Below are positions 1 through 8,021 of a DNA stretch of 64,000 bases, piece by piece; the first letter of the stretch is position 1, and each line of letters starts with the position of its first letter. A program made the translations under genes and the position numbers. Below the pieces are notes generated by a model. It did no database searches. It was not told the origin of the DNA and saw only the letters and a program-made list of their open reading frames with translations. Location: positions 3,043-67,042 of the forward strand of contig SCUO01000100.1 of the NCBI GenBank assembly GCA_004297395.1, given 5' to 3'. The DNA comes from Chloroflexota bacterium. Lineage in GTDB: Bacteria > Chloroflexota > Limnocylindria > Limnocylindrales > CSP1-4.

Positions 1-93
1 CGCGGTCGAGACGACGTACCCATCGCGTTCGAGATAGGCGCGGACGACCTCGACGATGTGCGGCTCATCGTCGACAACGAGGACCCGTGTCAC
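1..93 (-). CDS. OmpR/PhoB-type response regulator, N-terminal fragment (the gene runs off the window start)
   Basis: Reverse translation from GTG at 93-91 reads VTRVLVVDDEPHIVEVVRAYLERDGYVVSTA, a canonical receiver-domain start. It is too short to appear in the ORF track. Confidence 0.6.
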   Translation of the reverse strand, partial: MTRVLVVDDEPHIVEVVRAYLERDGYVVSTA

Positions 94-166
94 GGCCGGA
101 GCATAGGCGGACGGTCGGTCCACGGTGTGGCTCCGACCGTCCGCGCCGCCGCTGCGAGACCGTAGA

Positions 167-685
167 TCAGCTGCGACCGCTGCCGTCGCACGTCCCGGTA
201 CCCGTCCCGCGGGTGCCAGTCCCACTGCCCTGCCAGCCGCGACCCGCGGCATTCCCGGTCCCGTCCGTGGCGCCGGCCTGCGCGCCCGCGCCGACCGCGG
301 CACCGTGCATGCCGCCAAGGGTCGTCTGGTTGACCATGTTCCTGGCCTGGAGCTCGACCTGTGCCCGGAGCTCGGCGGCCTGATCGGCGGTGAGGGCGCC
401 GTTGGTCACGCGAGCCTCGATCCGCTCGGTCCATCGAGCGGCCAGGGCCTCGACGAGCTGCTCGGCGTCGACGCTCTGGCGTTCGGCGATCTGGGCCAGC
501 GACAGCCCGTCCTGCCTGAGCTCCGCGACCTCCGACTCGGTGAGCCCCAGGATCCCGGGGAGCTCGTCGCGGTCGCGGATCTGATCGCCCGCGGCCCCCG
601 AGTGCGGGCCGACCGCGGCGACCACCCCGACGACAAGGAGGAGCGCGGCGGAGGCGGAGCCGATTGCGAGGATCAGCTTCTTCAT
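167..685 (-). CDS. exported hypothetical protein
   Basis: Lies in-frame inside ORF 167..1147(-). ATG at 685 gives a signal-like N-terminus, MKKLILAIGSASAALLLVVGVVAA, followed by a helical AELR/LTxxQ-rich body and a Gly/Thr-rich tail. The upstream part of the ORF is Arg/Pro-rich and does not look coding. Confidence 0.6.
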   Translation of the reverse strand: MKKLILAIGSASAALLLVVGVVAAVGPHSGAAGDQIRDRDELPGILGLTESEVAELRQDGLSLAQIAERQSVDAEQLVEALAARWTERIEARVTNGALTADQAAELRAQVELQARNMVNQTTLGGMHGAAVGAGAQAGATDGTGNAAGRGWQGSGTGTRGTGTGTCDGSGRS

Positions 686-774
686 CAGGAATGTCTCCGT
701 TCCTCGATCAACCCCGCCGGGACCTCCGGCGCGTGATGGCGATCGATGACATCCCCGACTCTCGGGCCTGTCAG

Positions 775-814
775 TGGAGCCTGGATGGAGCCCAGGTGGA
801 TATTGGGTGGAGCC
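775..814. promoter_or_regulatory. four direct repeats with exact 11-bp phasing (TGGAGCC, TGGAGCC, TGGATAT, TGGAGCC)
   Basis: Read directly: repeats start at 775, 786, 797 and 808. They lie in the divergent intergenic region 686-935. Confidence 0.5.
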
Positions 815-935
815 GGTGGGTCGCGGCAGCCATGGCGCCCCGGCGGGATGTGCAGGCCGATGTATCCCTTTGCCGGTGGGTCTCGTCCTTTGAGTAGCGG
901 CGGGCAGGTGGCCCGTCAGGTCAAGGGACAGAGAC

Positions 936-1172
936 ATGAAGCTCCCGGTGAATGTTGGATCCGTCGATCGGATCGCTCGGATCGTGTTGGGCGTCGGCCT
1001 GGTGGCCGTGGCCCTCGCTGGCTCGGTGACGGGTCCGCTTCTCGCGGTCGCCTGGATCGTGGCGGCGATCGCGCTCGTGACTGGAGCGATCGGGTTCTGC
1101 CCGCTGTACTTCCTGCTCGGGATCTCGACGGCAGACAATCGATTCACGATCGGTCGACACTCGAAGGCTTGA
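936..1172 (+). CDS. DUF2892 (YgaP-like) small membrane protein
   Basis: 78 aa. VDRIARIVLGVGLV...GFCPLYFLLGIS is the typical DUF2892 two-helix pattern with the conserved CP motif. Confidence 0.8.
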   Translation: MKLPVNVGSVDRIARIVLGVGLVAVALAGSVTGPLLAVAWIVAAIALVTGAIGFCPLYFLLGISTADNRFTIGRHSKA

Positions 1173-1179
1173 GGTATCC

Positions 1180-1992
1180 ATGGAGCAGGGCCCGGAGGCA
1201 GCGACGCCGGATGGTGGACGGGCGGACGAGGGCGATGCCTTCGCCGCCCGCCTGACCGACGAGCTGCCCCGACTCGTCCGCCTGGCCACCCGGCTCCTGC
1301 GCGACGACGATCTGGCCGAGGACTGCGCGCAGGAGACGATCGTGGCGGCGTGGCAGCGCCGTGACCAGCTGCGCGATCCGGCGGCCCTGCCGGCCTGGTT
1401 GCGTCGGAGCCTCGTCAACCGGATCGTCGACCGGTCCCGGCGGCACCACGACGAGCTCGACATCGAGACCGTCGAGGCCGACTGGCGAGACGATTCGTAC
1501 ACGGTCCTGCCGGAGCGAGTCCTCGAACACGCCGAGCTGCGAGACGAGCTCGAGGACGGCCTGGCCCGGCTGCCGGTCATCTATCGGCTGCCGGTCGTCA
1601 TGCACGACGCCCTGGGCTGGACGGGCGCCGAGATCGCGTCGGCCATGAAGATCGGCCTGCCGGCTGCCAAGCAGCGGCTGCGCCGTGGAAGGATGATGCT
1701 GGTGAGCGCCCTGGCCGAAGACGACGCCCGGCGGAAGGCAAGCCTGGCCCAGCCGCTGCGCTGCTGGCGGGCCCGGCGGCATGTGTCCGCCTATCTCGAC
1801 GGCGATCTCGACGCCGCCACGATAGCGACCGTCGAGCGGCACCTCGAGTCCTGCCCCACCTGCCCGCCGCTGTACGCGAGCCTGGTCGGGGTTCGGGACA
1901 CGCTCGGCGAGCTGCGCGACGCGGACGCGGTCATCGAGGACGAGATCGCGGGCCGCATCCGAGCGCGACTGGAGCGTGAGCGCGTCGCCTGA
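1180..1992 (+). CDS. ECF-type sigma-70 factor with a C-terminally fused zf-HC2 (ZAS) anti-sigma domain
   Basis: - Sigma region 2: AQETIVAAWQRRDQL...LRRSLVNRIVDRSRR.
- Sigma region 4: YRLPVVMHDALGWTGAEIASAMKIGLPAAKQRLRRGR.
- Then C-x23-H-x3-C-x2-C: CWRARRHVSAYLDGDL...HLESCPTC.
- GAGG lies 5 nt upstream of the ATG.
- The gene starts 8 nt after the DUF2892 stop codon. Confidence 0.85.
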   Translation: MEQGPEAATPDGGRADEGDAFAARLTDELPRLVRLATRLLRDDDLAEDCAQETIVAAWQRRDQLRDPAALPAWLRRSLVNRIVDRSRRHHDELDIETVEADWRDDSYTVLPERVLEHAELRDELEDGLARLPVIYRLPVVMHDALGWTGAEIASAMKIGLPAAKQRLRRGRMMLVSALAEDDARRKASLAQPLRCWRARRHVSAYLDGDLDAATIATVERHLESCPTCPPLYASLVGVRDTLGELRDADAVIEDEIAGRIRARLERERVA

Positions 1993-2026
1993 GGTGGCAT
2001 CCCCCGGGAGGAATGGCCCGGGCGCG

Positions 2027-2095
2027 GCGGCCAGGCCCGTCAGGAATCGAGAAGCGCCGGCCAACCAGCCCCACCTAGCATGCCTGCCATGGACC
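2027..2095 (+). pseudogene. degenerate copy of the AraC 3' end / VOC 5' end junction found intact at 5564-5631
   Basis: A 22-nt identical core, tcaggaatcgagaagcgccggc, occurs at 2040-2061 and 5576-5597. The next 34 nt match at 26 positions by hand alignment. The copy encodes ..VRNREAPANQPHLA, compared with ..IRNREAPAPEPQLA* at the intact locus, followed by a 17-codon ORF that begins MPAMD (intact gene: MTAMD). Confidence 0.6.
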
Positions 2096-2208
2096 GAACG
2101 ACCTGTTCCCGGGCCCACCGGGACCGCTGGCGCTGAACCGACGGCAGCCACCGAGGTCGCCCACTAGCATGAGCGCGTCCTGATGAGGACACGCAGGAGG
2201 AACCTGCC

Positions 2209-2682
2209 ATGGCCGACACGACGAAGACCGCCAGGAGCGGTACGGCACGCGGCTCCAACAAGGTCTGGACGGACGAAGAGCGTGCTGCGATGCAGGAGAG
2301 CGCCCGGGAGCGCAAGGCTGCCTCGCGTCGCGGCTCCGGCGACGAGCGGGCCGAAGGCGAGGCCGACGTCCGCGCCAAGATCGCCGACATGCCGCCGGCC
2401 GAGCGGGCGATGGCCGAGCGGATCCACGAGCTCGTCACGACGACGGCACCGAGCTTCGTGCCCAGGACGTACTACGGGATGCCGGCCTACGCCAGGGATG
2501 GCAAGGTCATCTGCTTCTTCCAGGCAAAGTCGAAGTTCAAGGTTCGCTATTCGACCTTCGGCTTCCAGCCGGACGCCCGGATCGATGACGGAGAGCTGTG
2601 GCCCGTCGCGTTCGCGGTGACCGAGCTGACGCCGGGCGCGGAGGCGACGATCGCCGCGCTCGTGAAGAAGGCCGCGGGCTGA
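2209..2682 (+). CDS. DUF1801 (YdhG-like) domain protein
   Basis: 157 aa. The C-terminal part, YYGMPAYARDGKVICFFQAKSKFKVRYSTFGF, matches the DUF1801 pattern. GGAGGA lies upstream of the ATG. Confidence 0.8.
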   Translation: MADTTKTARSGTARGSNKVWTDEERAAMQESARERKAASRRGSGDERAEGEADVRAKIADMPPAERAMAERIHELVTTTAPSFVPRTYYGMPAYARDGKVICFFQAKSKFKVRYSTFGFQPDARIDDGELWPVAFAVTELTPGAEATIAALVKKAAG

Positions 2683-2695
2683 GGGCCTCGCGTTC

Positions 2696-5080
2696 ATGGG
2701 AATGCGCACGAGGGTGGGCTCGGAAGAGCAGGGAGCGCACGTCGCGGACGCGCACGACCTGATCCGGGTTCATGGCGCCCGCGAGAACAACCTCAAGGAC
2801 GTCGATGTCGAGATCCCGAAACGCCGGGTGACCGTGTTCACCGGCGTCTCCGGCTCGGGCAAGAGCTCGCTCGTCTTCGACACGATCGCCGCGGAGTCGC
2901 GACGGCTGATCGACGAGACCTACTCGACGTTCGTCCAGGTCTTCATGCCGACGCTGGCCCGGCCGGACGTCGATGTCCTCTCCGGGCTGACGACCGCGAT
3001 CATCGTCGACCAGGAGCGGCTCGGTGCGAACCCGCGCTCGACGCTCGGTACCGTCACCGATGCCCACGCCATGCTGCGGAGCCTGTTCAGCCGCCTCGGC
3101 CAGCCGTACATCGGGGGGCCGACGGCATTCTCCTTCAATATCCCGACGATGCGGGCGAGCGGCGTCATGACCGGCCCGAAGGGCGAGAAGACGATCATCC
3201 AGGACGCCGTCTACCTCGGCGGGATGTGCGCCGAGTGCGAGGGCCGCGGCACCGTCTCCGACCTCGACCTGGCGGTGATCCTCGACGAGTCGAAATCGCT
3301 CGTTGAGGGCGCGATCCTCGTCCCTGGGTACACGGCCGACGGCTGGATGGTCGGCCAGTACATCGAGTCCGGCTTCTTCGACCCGCGGAAGCCGATCAGG
3401 GACTTCACCGAGAAGGAGCGCCACGACCTTCTCTACCGGCAGACGACGAAGGTCAAGGCCAGGGGCATCAACGTCACCTACGACGGCCTGATCGCGAAGA
3501 TCCGCAAGTCGATGTTCACCAAGGACGTCGATTCGCTGCAGCCCCATATCAGGGCATTCGTCGAGCGCGCGGCGGTCTTCAAGACCTGCCCGGTCTGCGC
3601 CGGCACGCGCCTGAACGAGGCCGCCCGGTCCTCGAAGGTCCAGGGCCTGAGCATCGCCGACGTGTGTGCCATGCAGGTCACCGACGCGGCCGAGTGGCTG
3701 CGCGGCGTCGACGACGGGGGCGTGGCGCCGCTCGTCGCCAACCTGCTGCACCTCTTCGACTCGTTCGTCGAGATCGGCCTGGGCTACCTCTCGCTCGATC
3801 GCCCGTCCGGCACCCTGTCCGGTGGCGAGTCGCAGCGCACCAAGATGGTCCGCCACATCGGGTCCGCGTTGACCGATGTCACCTACGTCTTCGACGAGCC
3901 GACGATCGGGCTCCACCCGCACGACATCCAGCGGATGAACAGCCTGCTCCTCGAGCTGCGCGACAAGGGCAACACCGTGCTCGTCGTCGAGCACAAGCCG
4001 GAGACGATCGCGATCGCCGACCACGTCGTCGACCTGGGCCCCGGCGCGGGCACCGGCGGTGGCACCGTCTGCTTCGAGGGGACGGTCGCGGGCCTGAAGG
4101 CGTCCGGCACTCTCACCGGCCGCCACCTCGACCATCGAACGGCGCTCAAGGACGCCGTGCGCGCTCCGTCCGGCAAGCTCGAGATCCGCGGCGCGAACTC
4201 GCACAACCTGCAGGACGTCGACGTCGACATTCCACTCGGCGTGCTGTGCGTGGTGACCGGCGTTGCCGGGTCCGGCAAGTCGTCGCTCGTGCACGGGTCG
4301 ATCCCCGCCGGCGCCGGCGTGGTGTCGATCGACCAGGGCGCGATCCAGGGCTCGCGCCGGAGCAGCCCCGCGACCTACTCGGGCCTGCTCGACCCGATCC
4401 GGAGCGCGTTCGCGAAGGCCAACAACGTCAAGCCTGCCCTGTTCTCCTCGAACTCCGAGGGCGCCTGCCCGACCTGCAACGGCAACGGCATGATCTACAC
4501 CGAGCTCGGGTTCATGGAGACGGTCGCGACGCCGTGCGAGGACTGCGGCGGCAAGCGGTTCCAGGCCTCGGTCCTGGAGCTGCGCCTCGGCGGGCTCAAC
4601 ATCGCCGAGGTCCTCGACCTGCCGGTCACCGAGGCGCACGAGTTCTTCGCCCAGGGCGACTCGAAGACGCCGGCCGCCGCGACGATCCTGGCCCGCCTCG
4701 AGGACGTCGGGCTCGGCTACCTCAAGCTCGGCCAGCCGCTGCCGTCCCTGTCCGGCGGCGAGCGCCAGCGCCTCAAGCTGGCCACCCGGATGGCCGAGAA
4801 GGGCGGCATCTACGTCCTGGACGAGCCGACCACCGGCCTCCACCTGGCCGACATCGAGCAGCTGCTCGGCCTGCTCGACCGGCTCGTAGACGCCGGCAAG
4901 TCGATGATCGTCATCGCCCATCACCAGGCCGTGATGGCCCACGCCGACTGGATCATCGACCTCGGGCCCGGGGCCGGCCACGACGGCGGCCGGATCGTCT
5001 TCCAGGGCACGCCGGCCGACCTCGTGGCCGCCCGATCCACCCTCACCGGCGAGCACCTCGCGGCCTACGTGGGCGCCTGA
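2696..5080 (+). CDS. UvrA-like ABC ATPase paralog (short form, 794 aa)
   Basis: - Two Walker A motifs: GVSGSGKSSL and GVAGSGKSSL.
- Two ABC signatures: LSGGESQR and LSGGERQR.
- Zinc motifs: CPVCAGTR and CPTCNGNG...CEDCGGKR.
- N-terminus IRVHGARENNLKDVDV.
- Shorter than canonical UvrA. Confidence 0.9.
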   Translation: MGMRTRVGSEEQGAHVADAHDLIRVHGARENNLKDVDVEIPKRRVTVFTGVSGSGKSSLVFDTIAAESRRLIDETYSTFVQVFMPTLARPDVDVLSGLTTAIIVDQERLGANPRSTLGTVTDAHAMLRSLFSRLGQPYIGGPTAFSFNIPTMRASGVMTGPKGEKTIIQDAVYLGGMCAECEGRGTVSDLDLAVILDESKSLVEGAILVPGYTADGWMVGQYIESGFFDPRKPIRDFTEKERHDLLYRQTTKVKARGINVTYDGLIAKIRKSMFTKDVDSLQPHIRAFVERAAVFKTCPVCAGTRLNEAARSSKVQGLSIADVCAMQVTDAAEWLRGVDDGGVAPLVANLLHLFDSFVEIGLGYLSLDRPSGTLSGGESQRTKMVRHIGSALTDVTYVFDEPTIGLHPHDIQRMNSLLLELRDKGNTVLVVEHKPETIAIADHVVDLGPGAGTGGGTVCFEGTVAGLKASGTLTGRHLDHRTALKDAVRAPSGKLEIRGANSHNLQDVDVDIPLGVLCVVTGVAGSGKSSLVHGSIPAGAGVVSIDQGAIQGSRRSSPATYSGLLDPIRSAFAKANNVKPALFSSNSEGACPTCNGNGMIYTELGFMETVATPCEDCGGKRFQASVLELRLGGLNIAEVLDLPVTEAHEFFAQGDSKTPAAATILARLEDVGLGYLKLGQPLPSLSGGERQRLKLATRMAEKGGIYVLDEPTTGLHLADIEQLLGLLDRLVDAGKSMIVIAHHQAVMAHADWIIDLGPGAGHDGGRIVFQGTPADLVAARSTLTGEHLAAYVGA

Positions 5081-5151
5081 CCCCGCCCGCCGCCGGGGCG
5101 CGAGGGAGCGTCGCGCAGCCCGGGCATCGCGGTCTGTGGCACGATCGGTCG

Positions 5152-5619
5152 GTGAGCAGCCGTCCCGCCACTGCACAGCGCCTCGAGGACCTTGCCCGGC
5201 TGCGGCGTGTCCGCGACCGGATCGACCGGGAATATGCCGAGCCGCTCGACGTCGAGGCCCTCGCCCGTGGCGCCCACATGTCGGCCGGGCACCTCAGCCG
5301 CGAATTCCGGCAGGCCTACGGCGAATCGCCCTACAGCTACGTCATGACCCGGCGGATCGAGCGGGCCATGGCCCTGCTGCGGCGCGGCGACCTGAGCGTC
5401 ACCGAGATCTGCTTCGAGGTCGGCTGCTCGTCGCTGGGCACGTTCAGCACCCGCTTCACCGAGCTCGTCGGCATGCCCCCAAGCACCTACCGTCGCGAGG
5501 CCGCCGGCGAGGCGCTGGGGATGCCGCCGTGCATCGCGAAGCAGGTGACGCGACCGGTGAGGACCGGCCAGGCGATCAGGAATCGAGAAGCGCCGGCGCC
5601 CGAGCCACAGCTAGCATGA
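5152..5619 (+). CDS. AraC-family transcriptional regulator (HTH domain only)
   Basis: Last 155 codons of ORF 3664..5619, starting at an in-frame GTG at 5152. Contains HLSREFRQAYGESPYSYVMTRRIERAMALLRRGDLSVTEICFEVGCSSLGTFSTRF. The stop overlaps the next gene's start (ATGA). Confidence 0.85.
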   Translation: MSSRPATAQRLEDLARLRRVRDRIDREYAEPLDVEALARGAHMSAGHLSREFRQAYGESPYSYVMTRRIERAMALLRRGDLSVTEICFEVGCSSLGTFSTRFTELVGMPPSTYRREAAGEALGMPPCIAKQVTRPVRTGQAIRNREAPAPEPQLA

Positions 5620-6035
5620 CCGCCATGGACCTCACCATCCATCAGGCCTACCTCCCCCACGACGACCCGGACGCCGCGCTGGCGTTCTACCGCGACACTC
5701 TCGGCTTCGAGGTCCGGATGGACGTCGACTACCAGGGGCTGCGCTGGATCACGGTCGGGCCGCCCGGCCAGCCCGGCACCTCGATCGTCCTGCATCCGCC
5801 GGGCGCCGACCCGGGCATCACCGACGACGAGCGCCGGGTCATCGCCGAGATGATGGCCAAGGGCACCTTCGCCGGCATCAACCTGGCCACGCATGACCTC
5901 GATGCCACGTTCGAGCGGCTGCAGGCCCGGGACGCCGACATCGTCCAGGAGCCGACCGACCAGCCGTGGGGCGTCCGCGACTGCGCCGTCCGCGATCCGG
6001 CCGGCAACCTGATCCGGATCCAGGAGCTCCGCTGA
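5616..6035 (+). CDS. VOC (glyoxalase / bleomycin-resistance) family protein
   Basis: 139 aa. MTAMDLTIHQAYLPHDDPDAALAFYRDTLGFEV...WGVRDCAVRDPAGNLIRIQE is the typical VOC fold pattern. Confidence 0.85.
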   Translation: MTAMDLTIHQAYLPHDDPDAALAFYRDTLGFEVRMDVDYQGLRWITVGPPGQPGTSIVLHPPGADPGITDDERRVIAEMMAKGTFAGINLATHDLDATFERLQARDADIVQEPTDQPWGVRDCAVRDPAGNLIRIQELR

Positions 6036-6238
6036 GCGAGATCGCGCCACGGGCCTGATCGAGGCGACCCGGGAAGGGCAGCCGGGTCGCGACGGGCGGC
6101 GGCGGGCCCCCGTGCGCCGCCGGGACCGACATCGGTCCGTTCGGCTCGCCGCGAGCGGACCATCGTCACTTCTTCGGGCAGTCGCGGCGGCGGACAGTGC
6201 CATCGCCCAGTCCGCTCACCTGCCCGAGGTCGAAGTCG

Positions 6239-6712
6239 ATGGATCTGCTCCAGGTCGGCGCCACGTGGCTGCACCTGCTGGCCACGGTCGCCCTGCTCGG
6301 TTACTACGCTGTCTTCGGCCTCATCGTCCTGCCGGCTGTCCGGAAGGTGGTGCCGGCACCCGAGCTCGGCGCCGCGATCGTCGCCATCCATCGTCGATCG
6401 ACCGCGGTCGTCGTGGCCTCGCTCGTGGTCTTCCTGGCGACCGGCGTCTACCTCATGGTCATGAACGAGCGCTACGAGGGCGTCGGCAATGTCGGCGGCT
6501 CGTGGGCGACGCTGCTCCTCGTCAAGCACGGGGTGATCGCGGTCATGGTCGGCATCGGCGTGTACATCGATGCCCTGGTCGTCCGCGGCTTCGAGCTCGC
6601 CGGCTCCGCGGCACATCCCAGCGCCGTCCGGCGCCTGGCCAGGGCCGCCGTCGCGATGACCGCGCTGGGCGCCGTCGTCCTGTTCCTGACGGCGGCCGCC
6701 CAGGGAGGCTGA
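6239..6712 (+). CDS. integral membrane protein, CopD-like (4 TM)
   Basis: ATG at 6239 is in-frame in ORF 6197..6712. ATWLHLLATVALLGYY is followed by four hydrophobic spans. Confidence 0.55.
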   Translation: MDLLQVGATWLHLLATVALLGYYAVFGLIVLPAVRKVVPAPELGAAIVAIHRRSTAVVVASLVVFLATGVYLMVMNERYEGVGNVGGSWATLLLVKHGVIAVMVGIGVYIDALVVRGFELAGSAAHPSAVRRLARAAVAMTALGAVVLFLTAAAQGG

Positions 6713-6843
6713 GGCTCAGCCACGATCGAGCCGCGCCGGTGGTCACTGCGAATCACGCCTCGACGTCCTTCGCCTCGCAGCGATGAGATTCGGCTGGTGT
6801 GCCAGTCACCTACTGCAATCGAGTCCGTTCGGAGGTGCAGGGC

Positions 6844-7377
6844 GTGCGCAAGATCGTCGTCGGCATGTTGTTGTCCCTTGACGGGGTGGCCGAGGCCCCG
6901 AATGACTTCTTCGGCTGGGACGACGCCCTCGACGCCAGCATTCCCCGGTTGATCGCCACCCAGGATGCGGTCATCCTCGGCCGTCGCAGCTACGACGAAT
7001 GGGTGGATTTCTGGCCCGGCAGCGAGATCGAGCCGTTCGCGACCTTCATCAACCGGGTCGTCAAGCATGTCGCCACATCCACGCCGCTCGACCGAGCCTG
7101 GGCCAACGCCACGGTCATCGACGGTGACCTCGTCGACTTCGTCCGGGATCTCAAGGAGCAGCGCGGCGGCGACATCGGCGTCCACGGCAGCATCTCGGTG
7201 GCGCAGGCGCTGCTCGCCGCCGATCTTGTCGACGAGCTCCGGCTGGTGATCGGGCCGATGATCGTCGGCCGCGGACGCCGCCTCCTCGACGGCCTGCCGT
7301 CGATCAAGCTCGAGCTGATCCGAAGCGAGATCTCTCCGACGGGCTACCTGCTCGTCGACTATCGGGTCATTCGCTGA
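6844..7377 (+). CDS. dihydrofolate reductase-like (RibD C-terminal domain) family protein
   Basis: In-frame GTG at 6844. Motifs: KIVVGMLLSLDGV...AVILGRRSYDEW...IGVHGSISVAQALLAADLVDELRLVIGP. Confidence 0.8.
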   Translation: MRKIVVGMLLSLDGVAEAPNDFFGWDDALDASIPRLIATQDAVILGRRSYDEWVDFWPGSEIEPFATFINRVVKHVATSTPLDRAWANATVIDGDLVDFVRDLKEQRGGDIGVHGSISVAQALLAADLVDELRLVIGPMIVGRGRRLLDGLPSIKLELIRSEISPTGYLLVDYRVIR

Positions 7378-7930
7378 GGCCCGGCCCGGGGGAGCTCGGG
7401 ACGCGGTCGTCAGGGTCGAACCCGTCGGCCAGGGCCCGGACCGCGAACTCGATCTGGGCCATGCAGGCCGTCCGCCAGATGCCGCTCTCGATGAACGCGG
7501 CATGCGCCACGGGCGTGCGGATGTCCCGGCCGATCAAGGCCCGGCATTCGACCGACCCGAACTCGGCTTCGAACTCGGCCATGAGCCGGGCCACGACTTC
7601 GCGGGCGTTGCGCTTCGCGCTCGCGTGGTCGTCCGACCGGTCGTCGACCGATCGGGCGCCGAAACGGAGGCCCACCGCCAGCGCGGCGCCGGTCAGCGCC
7701 CCGCACGGGCCGCCGGAATAGGCGACGCCGCCGTTGAGGGCCATCGCCGCCGACGAATCCGTGGCGTCCGGCAGCCCGAACGCCTCCTTGAGGACGACGA
7801 ACGTGGTTTCGGCGCAGCCGTGGACGTTGGCCTCGTCGAGGAAGAGCGCCCGGGCACGTGCCACCGCCGCAGTCCCTGCGCTCGGTTGCCTCGCCGATGC
7901 CATGGCCCAAGGATCCGGCGGGTCGTGCAT
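7367..7930 (-). CDS. C_GCAxxG_C_C family protein
   Basis: VHGCAETTFVVL...GGPCGALTGAAL...VECRAL...ACMAQI matches the family-defining cysteine pattern. An alternative start is ATG at 7903. Confidence 0.8.
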   Translation of the reverse strand: MHDPPDPWAMASARQPSAGTAAVARARALFLDEANVHGCAETTFVVLKEAFGLPDATDSSAAMALNGGVAYSGGPCGALTGAALAVGLRFGARSVDDRSDDHASAKRNAREVVARLMAEFEAEFGSVECRALIGRDIRTPVAHAAFIESGIWRTACMAQIEFAVRALADGFDPDDRVPSSPGPGLSE

Positions 7931-8021
7931 TCGCCACCAGTGAGAGATGGCCCGAAACCGCGGCCCGCAGGCCCTGGGTCGTCCGCTCAGGGCTCACCGA
8001 TCGGGCCTCGGCCAGGTGCCG

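Noticed and set aside
2537-5176. 879-aa minus-strand ORF covering the whole uvrA-like gene
   Set aside because: It is a mirror-frame shadow ORF typical of high-GC DNA. It is Arg/Gly/Asp/Pro-rich with no motifs, while the plus-strand frame carries complete UvrA signatures.
3664-5619. 651-aa plus-strand ORF overlapping uvrA out of frame
   Set aside because: Only the last 155 codons (from GTG 5152) look like a real protein, the AraC HTH domain. The rest is Arg/Pro-rich read-through of the uvrA region in another frame.
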